Shown here one piece after another: positions 9,397 through 17,967 of a stretch of DNA of 60,142 nucleotides. Position numbers and translations under genes: made by a program. The notes beneath the pieces were generated by a model, which saw only the letters and a list, made by a program, of their open reading frames with translations, had not been told where the DNA came from and did not search any database. The stretch's first letter is position 1. Every line of letters starts with the position of its first letter. Source of the stretch: Candidatus Krumholzibacteriia bacterium. GTDB lineage: Bacteria > Krumholzibacteriota > Krumholzibacteriia > WVZY01 > JAKEHA01. The stretch covers positions 1 to 60,142 of the forward strand of contig DASRYI010000344.1 in NCBI GenBank assembly GCA_035687255.1, given 5' to 3'.

Positions 9397-12178
9397 GCGT
9401 AACTGGCGCGCGGCTGTGCCGCGCTGGTGGATACTTGTTCTCCTTGGCCTGCTTTGCATCGTCACGCCCCCACCGGTGCCCTCCGCCGCCGCGGGTGGCG
9501 ATCACGAAACCTGTCTTGAGTGTCACGGCGAACGCGACGACGAAACTCCCTTCGTCGATGCAAAGCTGTTCCGCGCATCCGTGCACCGCGATCTCGACTG
9601 CTCGGACTGCCACGACGACGTGGATCCGGACGATCTCCCGCACCCCGAGCCCCTCAAACCCGTCAAGTGCGGCACCTGCCACGATGACGAACAACTCGAC
9701 TTCGACGCCAGCATCCACGGGCAGGCGCTGAACCGGCACGAACCGTACGCCCCGTCCTGCAAGGAATGCCACGGGGTGCACGACATCCTCTCGCCGAAAA
9801 ACGAACGCGCGCCCACCTACAAGATGAACGTGCCGTTCCTGTGCGGCAGGTGCCACCGTGAAGGCGCACCGGTTGCAAGCACCTACAACATTTCGGAACA
9901 CAACATCCTCGAGAATTACAGCGAGAGCATTCACGGTGAGGGGCTGTTCAAGAAGGGACTCACCGTGGCCGCGGCCTGTGCCGACTGCCACCGCGCCCAC
10001 CTGATTCTTCCGCACACCGACCCGCGCGCGTCCATCTCGCCGCGCAACATCACGAAGACGTGCATGCAGTGCCATGCCAAGATCGAACAGGTGCACACCA
10101 AGGTCATCCGCGGCGAATTGTGGGAAAAGGCGCCCGGCGCCATTCCCGCGTGCACGGACTGCCATGTTCCGCATCGCGTGCGCAAGGAGATCACGACGCT
10201 GACGATCTCGGACAACAGCTGCATGGCCTGCCATGAAAAACAGGGACTGGTCAGTACCGCGCACGGGGACACGCTCACCGTCGACCGCAACGAGCTGGCC
10301 ATGTCGACGCACAAGAACATTCCGTGCGTAAAATGTCACAGCGACGTCGACCCGCGCCGGCACCGCCCCTGCGAAACCGCGGGAAAGGTGGATTGTTCGA
10401 ACTGCCACCAGAAAATATCCGAGGAATACGCGGTCAGCGGGCACGGACAGGCGCATGCGAAGGGCGTCCCGCAGGCGCCCTACTGCACCACCTGTCACGG
10501 TACGCACGGTGTGCGTCCGCATGTCGACGAAACGTCACCCACGTACCGCGCCAATGTGCCTTCGCTGTGCGGCGGCTGCCATCGGACGGAGGGCAAGGCC
10601 CCGCAGGTGGCGCACCTTTCGGAAGTCTCGGCGTTCACGGACTATTCGAAGAGCGTGCACGGGCGCGCGCTGACGGAGAAGGGACTGCTGCCGAGCGCCG
10701 TGTGCATCGACTGCCACTCGTCACACATGATTCTCAAGCACACCGACGAGCGCTCCACGGTGTCACACGAGAACCTGCCCGCTACCTGCGCCACGTGCCA
10801 CCGTGGCATCTACAAGGAGTACATCAAGAGCGTCCATTATTCGCCGGACGCAAAGGACTCGGCCAAGCTTCCCAACTGTGCGAACTGTCATTCGTCCCAC
10901 ACCATCGGGGACGTCAAGCAGGACGCGTTCCTCACCCAGGTGACGGGGCAGTGCGGTTCGTGCCACCAGGAACTCGGTAAGACGTATCTCGAAACCATGC
11001 ACGGCAAGGCGTACCGCCTGGGATACCTGAAGGCGGCCAAGTGTTCCGACTGTCACGGCGCGCACGAGATTCTCGCCGTCGACAATCCCAACTCGTCGGT
11101 GGGGCACCGCAATATCGTGGCCACCTGTCGCAAGTGCCATCCCGACGCCAACGCCCGGTTCACCGGCTATCTGACGCACGCCACGCACCACGACCCGAAG
11201 AAGTATCCGCTCCTGTTCTATTCGTACTGGGCGATGACGTTCCTGCTCATCGGGGTGTTTGCGTTCTTCGGGCTGCACACGGCACTGTGGTTGCCGCGGT
11301 CGTTCCGGCACATGATCGAGCACCGGCAGCACGCGAAGAAACATCCGCATGCGTACTACATCCGGCGCTTCACGCGCGCGCAGCGTTTGACGCACATCTT
11401 CGTCATCAGCAGCTTCCTCCTGCTGGCGCTGACCGGAATGATGCTGAAATTCTCGCACATGACATGGGCCACGTTCCTGGCCAACGCGCTGGGAGGCGTC
11501 AAGGTGGCGGGTGTGCTGCACCGCATCGCCGCGGTCACCACCTTCGGTTACTTCACGTTCCACATCTTTTCGTTGGTGCGCATGAAACGGACGCGGCACA
11601 TGGCGTGGCGTGAATTGTTGTTCGGCCCGGGCTCGCTGATGTTCAACCGCAAGGATATCTCCGACTTCATCGGAACGTTGAAGTGGTTCTTCGGGGCGGG
11701 CCCGCGTCCCCCCTACGGGCGCTGGACCTACTGGGAGAAGTTCGATTATCTGGCGGTGTTCTGGGGCGTGGCGGTAATCGGGTTTACCGGCCTGATGCTG
11801 TGGTTGCCCGTGATGTTCACGCGCGTCCTGCCGGGGTGGCTCATCAATGTGGCCACGATCATCCACAGTGACGAGGCGCTGTTGGCCGTCGGATTCATAT
11901 TCACCATCCATTTCTTCAACACACACCTGCGTCCCGAGGCGTTCCCCATGGACACGGTCGTGTTCACCGGACTGACGCCGTTAGAGGACTACATCAAGGA
12001 CCGTCCGGAAGAATACGAGGCCATGAAGCGCTCGGGTGAGCTGCGCCGCCGTCTCGTCAAGGCGAACCTGTCGCGGCGCTGGATGACCACAGTGTACGTG
12101 TTCGGGTCCCTCTTCCTTGTTGTCGGTCTGATTCTGATCGGACTGATCATCTACTCCATGATCTTCGGTTACCGGTAG
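9368..12178 (+). CDS. 19-haem cytochrome c fused to a C-terminal FdnI/HydC/PhsC-like b-type cytochrome membrane domain (CbcL-like architecture)
   Basis: I counted 19 CxxCH, from CLECH to CRKCH. About six hydrophobic helices follow, with conserved His (LTHIF, VLHRI, IIHSDE, FTIHFFNTH). The start is ambiguous: ATG 9368 overlaps the upstream gene by 29 nt, and GTG 9416 gives MPRWWILVLLGLL. Confidence 0.85.
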   Translation: MSATRGPSPERNWRAAVPRWWILVLLGLLCIVTPPPVPSAAAGGDHETCLECHGERDDETPFVDAKLFRASVHRDLDCSDCHDDVDPDDLPHPEPLKPVKCGTCHDDEQLDFDASIHGQALNRHEPYAPSCKECHGVHDILSPKNERAPTYKMNVPFLCGRCHREGAPVASTYNISEHNILENYSESIHGEGLFKKGLTVAAACADCHRAHLILPHTDPRASISPRNITKTCMQCHAKIEQVHTKVIRGELWEKAPGAIPACTDCHVPHRVRKEITTLTISDNSCMACHEKQGLVSTAHGDTLTVDRNELAMSTHKNIPCVKCHSDVDPRRHRPCETAGKVDCSNCHQKISEEYAVSGHGQAHAKGVPQAPYCTTCHGTHGVRPHVDETSPTYRANVPSLCGGCHRTEGKAPQVAHLSEVSAFTDYSKSVHGRALTEKGLLPSAVCIDCHSSHMILKHTDERSTVSHENLPATCATCHRGIYKEYIKSVHYSPDAKDSAKLPNCANCHSSHTIGDVKQDAFLTQVTGQCGSCHQELGKTYLETMHGKAYRLGYLKAAKCSDCHGAHEILAVDNPNSSVGHRNIVATCRKCHPDANARFTGYLTHATHHDPKKYPLLFYSYWAMTFLLIGVFAFFGLHTALWLPRSFRHMIEHRQHAKKHPHAYYIRRFTRAQRLTHIFVISSFLLLALTGMMLKFSHMTWATFLANALGGVKVAGVLHRIAAVTTFGYFTFHIFSLVRMKRTRHMAWRELLFGPGSLMFNRKDISDFIGTLKWFFGAGPRPPYGRWTYWEKFDYLAVFWGVAVIGFTGLMLWLPVMFTRVLPGWLINVATIIHSDEALLAVGFIFTIHFFNTHLRPEAFPMDTVVFTGLTPLEDYIKDRPEEYEAMKRSGELRRRLVKANLSRRWMTTVYVFGSLFLVVGLILIGLIIYSMIFGYR

Positions 12179-13387
12179 GTTGTGGGCGTAAGATTGTCCC
12201 TACGAGTGACAGAGAAGTCGGGGCAGTAGCAAAATCGTCATCCGCGTTCCTCTAGAATGCGTAGCGAAGGTGGTGTGTGCGGTTGACGGAAAGCGCCGCC
12301 GTGCGAACCTCCCGCCGGTAGTAGCCCTGCCAGCGCGGTGAGAGCTCGATCTTGTCGAAGAACAGGCGCTCCTTGAGCAGATCCCGAACTCGCCAGGGCC
12401 GCGTTGTCAGTCCCAGAATCATCGCCGGCGTGACGCGCGCGCCCTTTTCCCGGCGTTTCTTCATGTAATTTCTCCAGACCTGGAAGATGGCCAGCTTTTC
12501 GATGGAGGCTTGCCGGCGCTTCGCCCAGGCGATGGTCTCGCGCTTGTGGGCCGCGGTACTGTGGCGGATCATCAAGTCCAGAAGATTGACCTCCCAGAGC
12601 GGATTGCGCCGGTCACGCCGGCGCTTTGACGACGTGATGCGGTGCGTGACGCTGCGCTCTAAAGCGGCGATGGCACGAGGGTAGGCGCGGTGGTCATCGC
12701 TCCGAATAACTCGAGATGAAATGGGAGTGAGAAGATCTCGCATGCCGTCTTCGACCGCTCGCGAGGGAGCACACCCGAACGCCTCCTCAAGCTGGTATCG
12801 GCGGGCCTTTTGACTCGCTCGCATGCGTCCCTTGCGACGGAGTGGACTATCAGTGTGATAGAGAAAGTATCCCGAGTCCACGGCCACCGCCACATTGTGG
12901 TGGAACGGAAAGTACTGGCTCCATTCGAATGTCTCGAATCCATCGATGGCGATCTCGTTGATTACGGCAATGCGATGGAGCTCCCGGGCCTGAGTGAGCA
13001 GGCAGTGGCGCCCCAGACGGGCGACCTGGTGTGCCACCGTCTCTGGGCTGCAGCGCAGCGCACGGGAGATCTGGCGGTTGCCCATGCATCCGACCACCAT
13101 CATGACGATGCGCGGGATGAGGTCAGGGCGTTTTTGCCAGTATGACGTCGAGAAGGTCTGCGTACTGAAGTGACGGCGACATGCCAGACATGTAAACCGC
13201 TGGATACGAGTGGGTGCGGCCCGGCGCGTGTAGAAGCCCTTACGTTTGTAGGGCCACTCACGAGAAAACGCGGTGAAATAGCAGCAGTTCGGGTTGGGGC
13301 AATGTGGGGGCACCCATTCTACCTCTCTTGCTCCCATGTACCGGCCCAGGCACACAGCGTGCCAGGGCCAATTTCATGGCCACAACC
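12178..13387 (-). mobile_element. IS1-family insertion sequence (~1.21 kb, single-ORF type)
   Basis: Imperfect terminal inverted repeats: 12178-12201 GGTTGTGGGCGTAAGATTGTCCCT versus the reverse complement of 13364-13387 GGTTGTGGCCATGAAATTGGCCCT (19/24 identical). Both begin GGnnnTG as in IS1. They enclose one transposase ORF. No target-site duplication was seen. Confidence 0.6.
12252..13355 (-). CDS. IS1-family DDE transposase (zinc finger + HTH + DDE)
   Basis: N-terminal Cys clusters CPNPNCCYF...FTCLACRRHF. HTH NRQISRALRCSPETVAHQVARL. DDE-like blocks IAIDGFETF, IRSDDHRAYPRAI, LWEVNLLDLMIRHSTAAHKRETIAW, which parallel IS1 InsB EMDEQW / MTDGWPLY / IERHNLNLRQHL. An alternative start is ATG 13337. 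Confidence 0.7.
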   Translation of the reverse strand: MCLGRYMGAREVEWVPPHCPNPNCCYFTAFSREWPYKRKGFYTRRAAPTRIQRFTCLACRRHFSTQTFSTSYWQKRPDLIPRIVMMVVGCMGNRQISRALRCSPETVAHQVARLGRHCLLTQARELHRIAVINEIAIDGFETFEWSQYFPFHHNVAVAVDSGYFLYHTDSPLRRKGRMRASQKARRYQLEEAFGCAPSRAVEDGMRDLLTPISSRVIRSDDHRAYPRAIAALERSVTHRITSSKRRRDRRNPLWEVNLLDLMIRHSTAAHKRETIAWAKRRQASIEKLAIFQVWRNYMKKRREKGARVTPAMILGLTTRPWRVRDLLKERLFFDKIELSPRWQGYYRREVRTAALSVNRTHHLRYAF

Positions 13388-13424
13388 AAAAAAGAGGACG
13401 CGTTCGTAAGAACGCGTCCTCTTA
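13386..13424 (-). terminator. Rho-independent terminator of the minus-strand cytochrome operon
   Basis: Perfect 14-bp stem AAGAGGACGCGTTC/GAACGCGTCCTCTT with a GTAA loop. On the minus strand a run of six U follows (A-run 13388-13393, overlapping the base of the stem). It lies 32 nt after the stop at 13456. Confidence 0.7.
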
Positions 13425-13455
13425 TCCTGTCCCGTTCCAGATATCGAAGCGAGCA

Positions 13456-14040
13456 CTAGCCTCCGCTCTTGTACTTGGCTTTGCGCTCTTCCGGAATCGG
13501 ATGTGCGATGGCCGCTTTGGCCTTCGCGAAGTCAAACCCGGTGAATGTCGGGCTCTCTTTATTGTGACACTTCTCGCAGGTTGCCTGGTCGGGCATGTTC
13601 AGCCCCACCGACGCCTTCTCGATGGTTCCCGAGATGAGACCCTCCATGGTGGACTTCTTGATGTAGTCCGCGCCCGCGCCGTGACACGATTCGCAACCGA
13701 CACCGTCCTTGATGGAGTATTTCACTCCAACCATGCTGGTATCCACGCCGGCAGCGGTGACGTGGCACTTCAGGCAGTCCATTGACTTCTGCGGATCCGC
13801 AATGCCCTTGGCCTTGGCGATCTCCAGCGCCTTCGGGCTGGCCAGCGCCTCGTACGCCTTCGAGTGCTTGCTGGCCTGCCACTTCGGGTACTGCTCGCCC
13901 GCCGTCGCCGTCTTGTGGCAAACCGCGCACTTGGCTGTGCCTACAAACTTGTGCTCCGCCGCGCCCGCCACGACGCTGTACGCGAGCAAGCAGGCGCCCG
14001 CAATCAGCAGGGTGATGCTGGCGCCACCAGATCGTCTCAT
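13456..14040 (-). CDS. Periplasmic tetrahaem cytochrome c
   Basis: Signal peptide MRRSGGASITLLIAGACLLAYSVVAGAA. Four CxxCH (CAVCH, CLKCH, CESCH, CEKCH). AAGGAG RBS upstream. Confidence 0.85.
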   Translation of the reverse strand: MRRSGGASITLLIAGACLLAYSVVAGAAEHKFVGTAKCAVCHKTATAGEQYPKWQASKHSKAYEALASPKALEIAKAKGIADPQKSMDCLKCHVTAAGVDTSMVGVKYSIKDGVGCESCHGAGADYIKKSTMEGLISGTIEKASVGLNMPDQATCEKCHNKESPTFTGFDFAKAKAAIAHPIPEERKAKYKSGG

Positions 14041-14133
14041 GCCTGTCTCCTTTCAACCTGCGGCCCACACCGTCTTCAAAGCGACCATGTTAAGCCCCAA
14101 AGGGCGTTTTTCCAATACATTCCTGTATACAAC

Positions 14134-16266
14134 TCAAGGACTCTTTTTTCGCCCATCGTGTTTGCTTCCCGCGGGAGCCGCAGGCGTTTCCGTGGCAACG
14201 ATTTCCGCGTCTCCTTTTTCCGCATATTCCCCGGCGTGGAATTCCTGCCATTCGTGGACCGGCATACGGCCCGTGATCCATGTGGTGCTCATCGGATAGA
14301 CGACCGGGAGCACAATCACGAAGAAGAAGTGCCATATGAAGATCGCCGAAACCGCCAGAATCGCTTCATAGAAGTGGACGGTTTCGGAAACGCGCACAAT
14401 CCAGGCGGGGAAGAGGTGTGTCGCCACCGTGGGGAACCACAGGACCAGTCCCGTCAGGGCCATCACCCATGTGCCCCAGACCAGCGCCCAGTACTCGGCC
14501 TTCTGTGTGTAGTCAAAGGTCCGGAAGGCGGGGCGCGACCGCCGCCAGCCCACGTGATACGCCATGTTCTCGAACGCGTGGCGGACATCGTGCGCGCCGG
14601 GCGCCATCCCGCGCAGTGCGCTGCGCCCGCGGCGGGCCGCCAGCATCCAGATGCTGTGGTAGATGGCGGTGACGATCAGCAGTACGCCGAATGTGCGGTG
14701 CAGATTGGCGCGGACGCCCTCATGACCCCCCAGCCGTATCAATCGCACCCACCATGCCGTGGGGAAGCGGAGCGCAAAGCCGGTGATGGCCAGTCCCGCG
14801 AACGTGAGGAACAGAACCATGTGCTGCACGGTCTCGGCGCGGTACCAGCGCTGTATGTACGGTTCGCTGCGCACGTGCGCAAAGTGCCGCTTCATTTCGT
14901 AGCGCGCGATCAGCGCGTTGTGGAGTCCCATGCCGCCCAGCACGACGGCGATCAGCCACAGGTACAGCTTGCGTACCCACGCGCTGGGTCCACGCGGTTC
15001 GAGGGCGGCGGCGTGAGTGTAGCTCTGTGCAAACGTCGCGGTCGCATCGGGGTGACAGCGTTGGCAGGTATGCACGACGTTGGCCGGATTCACGGTGGAC
15101 AGCGAGTCCAGGGGACTGCGGATGTCGTGGACGGTGTGGCAGTCGGTGCAGTTGGCAACCAGATCGCTGCCGCGTGACATGGCCCATCCGTGGTAGCTGT
15201 CCAGGTAACTTTCCACCACACCCGGCATAATCCCGTATCTGGAGACCAGTTCGGGATTCGTGTGGCAGTCTCCACACAGTTCGCGCGCGCGATTCTCGGG
15301 GTTGATGGCTGCCGTCGGGTCCTGGGGTTTTTTGATGAGATGTTCGTTGTGGCAGTCGATGCACGTCGGTGCATCGTGAATACCGACGGCCACCGCCCGG
15401 CCGTGGATGGATGACTCGTACTCGGTGGCGATCTTCTCGTGGCAATGGCCGCAGGTGCTGGCCACGTTGGCCCGGTTGATGTGCGCCTTCGGATCGGACG
15501 GAAGACGCGAGTCGTGCGAGCCGTGACAGTCGGTGCACACAGCGGTCCGCTTGCCCTCTTTCCATCCCTCGCCGTGGACGGACGCCAGATAGGCGGGCAC
15601 CACCACCGGCAGGCGTACGAAATACTTCGTCAACGGCGCCTGTTTCTCATGGCACCCGCCGCACGTCTTCGGTACATTGCGCGGATTCACGGGTGAGGTG
15701 GTATCTGCCACCGCGACGATATGGTGGCTTCCGTGACACGTTCCACAGGTGGCGGCGCCGCCGTTCTGCCGGCGCCCGAGCCTGTGGACGCTGGTGGCGT
15801 ACTCCACCTCTTCCTTTTCGTGGCAGTTGCCGCAGGCGTACAGCGGTTCGGTGTGACCGTTTCCGCGCGGGTGAATGGTGTGGCAGGATGTGCACGACAT
15901 CTTGCCGCTCGCAAAGAGCGGATCGTGAACAGATCCCTTGAACGTCTCCCGGACGTCGTCGTGACATGATGTGCAGTCGACCTTTGTGTACTTCTTGAAA
16001 TGGGGGACGTCTTCGTAGTCGCCGGGCGCGGAATGGCAGTCGACGCAATCCAGGTCACCGTGCTGCCCGGCGTGAAACGTCTTCGCGACGATCCCGATCA
16101 GCCGGCCCTTGTCCGAGCGCATGCCGGCGTCGTCGTGACAGTCCAGACAGTCCTGAGTGGTGACCTGGGATAAAGCCGGGGTCGCCGCGCACAACGTGAG
16201 CGCAAGAACGGCGACCCCGATGAGGTCTCCGGGCACGGAGACACGCGAACCAGAGGGGTTTGCCAT
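14134..16266 (-). CDS. 13-haem cytochrome c fused to an FdnI/HydC-like b-type cytochrome membrane domain (paralogous architecture to 9368-12178)
   Basis: Signal peptide. I counted 13 CxxCH, from CLDCH to CQRCH. Hydrophobic helices follow, with His (GLHNAL, MVLFLTFAGLAITGF, NLHRTF, YHSIW, VHFYEAILAVSAIFIWHFF). Confidence 0.85.
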   Translation of the reverse strand: MANPSGSRVSVPGDLIGVAVLALTLCAATPALSQVTTQDCLDCHDDAGMRSDKGRLIGIVAKTFHAGQHGDLDCVDCHSAPGDYEDVPHFKKYTKVDCTSCHDDVRETFKGSVHDPLFASGKMSCTSCHTIHPRGNGHTEPLYACGNCHEKEEVEYATSVHRLGRRQNGGAATCGTCHGSHHIVAVADTTSPVNPRNVPKTCGGCHEKQAPLTKYFVRLPVVVPAYLASVHGEGWKEGKRTAVCTDCHGSHDSRLPSDPKAHINRANVASTCGHCHEKIATEYESSIHGRAVAVGIHDAPTCIDCHNEHLIKKPQDPTAAINPENRARELCGDCHTNPELVSRYGIMPGVVESYLDSYHGWAMSRGSDLVANCTDCHTVHDIRSPLDSLSTVNPANVVHTCQRCHPDATATFAQSYTHAAALEPRGPSAWVRKLYLWLIAVVLGGMGLHNALIARYEMKRHFAHVRSEPYIQRWYRAETVQHMVLFLTFAGLAITGFALRFPTAWWVRLIRLGGHEGVRANLHRTFGVLLIVTAIYHSIWMLAARRGRSALRGMAPGAHDVRHAFENMAYHVGWRRSRPAFRTFDYTQKAEYWALVWGTWVMALTGLVLWFPTVATHLFPAWIVRVSETVHFYEAILAVSAIFIWHFFFVIVLPVVYPMSTTWITGRMPVHEWQEFHAGEYAEKGDAEIVATETPAAPAGSKHDGRKKSP

Positions 16267-16291
16267 GGGGTTACTCCCGCGGCCAGTTCAG

Positions 16292-16320
16292 ATGCTATTC
16301 GCCCGGTGCGTGTCTGTCAA
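16292..16320 (-). promoter_or_regulatory. Candidate sigma-70-type promoter for the 13-haem/tetrahaem operon
   Basis: The minus strand reads TTGACA-N17-TAGCAT, about 25 nt upstream of ATG 16266, with a GGGAG RBS in between. The consensus used is E. coli-type and may not apply to this lineage. Confidence 0.3.
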
Positions 16321-16371
16321 CACCATGATACAGCGTATTTTCCAAGCAAATACTGGTACTGAAATTACCTG

Positions 16372-16401
16372 TCGACAAATGCACCAACGCTAAGGTAATC
16401 T
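16372..16401 (+). promoter_or_regulatory. Candidate sigma-70-type promoter for the Rieske/cytochrome b operon
   Basis: TCGACA-N18-TAATCT, ~28 nt upstream of ATG 16429 in an AT-richer divergent spacer. Flanked by the 7-bp inverted repeat ATTACCT/AGGTAAT. Confidence 0.3.
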
Positions 16402-16428
16402 ATTTCGGACAATTTGGTATCTAAAAAA

Positions 16429-16854
16429 ATGACCCGCAGAGATTTTACTAAACTCATACTTGCCGGCGGCGTGGTTGGCTGGCTGGGAAGCGTCATCTAC
16501 CCGGTTCTGTCGTACCTGCGGCCGCCGAAGGTCCCGGAGGCGAACGTTCAGTCCGTCAAGGCCGGGCAGGTGTCCGCGTTTCCGGTGAATACCGCGCAGA
16601 TCGTAAAGTTCGGACGCAAGCCGGTGATTCTGGTACGCAAGGCCGATGGTGACTTCAGCGCGCTGGCGGCCACGTGCACCCATCTCGGATGCATCGTTCA
16701 GTACCGCGGAGATCTCAAGGAGATCTGGTGCGCGTGTCACAACGGCCTGTACGACCTCAACGGTCGCAACGTCTCGGGCCCTCCGCCCAAGCCGCTCGAA
16801 CAGTACAAGGTCAACATTGTCGGCGACGACATTCTCGTCTCGAGGATGGCCTGA
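16429..16854 (+). CDS. Rieske [2Fe-2S] subunit of a cytochrome bc/b6f-type complex
   Basis: Tat-like MTRRDFTKLIL. Box I CTHLGC and box II CACHNG, 16 residues apart. Confidence 0.9.
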   Translation: MTRRDFTKLILAGGVVGWLGSVIYPVLSYLRPPKVPEANVQSVKAGQVSAFPVNTAQIVKFGRKPVILVRKADGDFSALAATCTHLGCIVQYRGDLKEIWCACHNGLYDLNGRNVSGPPPKPLEQYKVNIVGDDILVSRMA

Positions 16855-16857
16855 CGC

Positions 16858-17967
16858 ATGGCGCGCAGCGACGAAAGACAGTCGGCCATGACCGGTGACG
16901 CCCGCGACGGCGTTGTGCGGCGCTGCTACGGCTGGCTCGACGAGCGCTTTCACATTACGCCCCTGGTGAGCTTCATGCGGCACAAGCAGGTGCCGGTGCA
17001 TCGCAACACCATCTGGTACTACATGGGCGGTGTGTCGATGTTTCTCTTCCTGGTGCAGATTGCATCGGGAATTCTGCTGATTCTCTATTACAAGCCGGAC
17101 GAGGCGAATGCGTTCGAAAGTGTTCGCTTCATCACCACCCGGGTGTCCTTTGGCTGGCTGGTGCGATCCGTGCACAGCTGGTCCGCGAACATGATGGTGT
17201 TCTTCGTGTTCGTACACATGTTCAGCGTGTTTTTCACGCGCGCCTTCAAGAAGCCGCGCGAGCTGACGTGGGTAACCGGATTCGTGCTGCTGTGCCTGGC
17301 GCTCGGATTTGGATTCACGGGTTATCTCCTGCCGTGGAATGAGCTGGCTTTCTTCGCCACCAAGGTGGGAACCGACATCGCGGGCGCGGTGCCGCTGCTG
17401 GGCCATCCCATCAAGGTATTGCTGCGCGGTGGTGACGACGTTACCGGGGCCACGCTGACGCGGTTCTACGCCATTCACATTGCCATCCTGCCGGCAATAT
17501 TTGCGGCGCTGCTGGGCGTGCACCTGCTGTTCGTCCAGCGTCAGGGAATGCACGAGCCGGAGTCGATGCACGGAATGGATGCCTCACGCCGGAAGACGAT
17601 TCCGTTCTTTCCCAATTTTCTGCTGCGCGACACGCTGCTGTGGTTGATCGTTCTCAACATTCTGCTCGCGCTCGCCGTTTTCTTTCCCTGGGAACTGGGG
17701 CAGAAGGCCGATCCATTTGCGTCGGCGCCCTCGGGCATTCGGCCCGAATGGTATTTCATGTTCATGTTCCAGACCCTCAAGCTGCTGCCCGCGCACGTGT
17801 GGTTCATGGAGGGTGAAGTGCTGGGCATCATGGGATTCGGGCTTCTGGGTCTGGCGTGGCTGCTGATTCCGTTCTGGGAGTTGCGCCGCGTGCGCCTGAT
17901 GATGGCAATCGGCGTCGGAGCCATCGTGTACATGGTCGCGATGACAGTCTGGGGTTACCTGGTATGA
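16858..17967 (+). CDS. Cytochrome b (b6-like N-terminal part fused to subunit-IV-like part)
   Basis: Helix B His pair is H-x13-H ([18 protein letters not shown]). Helix D is H-x14-H ([22 protein letters not shown]). PEWY Qo motif is present ([11 protein letters not shown]). Motif [19 protein letters not shown]. Confidence 0.9.
   Translation: MARSDERQSAMTGDARDGVVRRCYGWLDERFHITPLVSFMRHKQVPVHRNTIWYYMGGVSMFLFLVQIASGILLILYYKPDEANAFESVRFITTRVSFGWLVRSVHSWSANMMVFFVFVHMFSVFFTRAFKKPRELTWVTGFVLLCLALGFGFTGYLLPWNELAFFATKVGTDIAGAVPLLGHPIKVLLRGGDDVTGATLTRFYAIHIAILPAIFAALLGVHLLFVQRQGMHEPESMHGMDASRRKTIPFFPNFLLRDTLLWLIVLNILLALAVFFPWELGQKADPFASAPSGIRPEWYFMFMFQTLKLLPAHVWFMEGEVLGIMGFGLLGLAWLLIPFWELRRVRLMMAIGVGAIVYMVAMTVWGYLV

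Noticed and set aside
12169-13397. Target-site duplication flanking the IS1-like element
   Set aside because: The flanks (…TTACCGGTA | … | AAAAAAGAGG…) share no direct repeat of 2-10 bp. Either the IR ends are mis-set by a few bases or the duplication has decayed.
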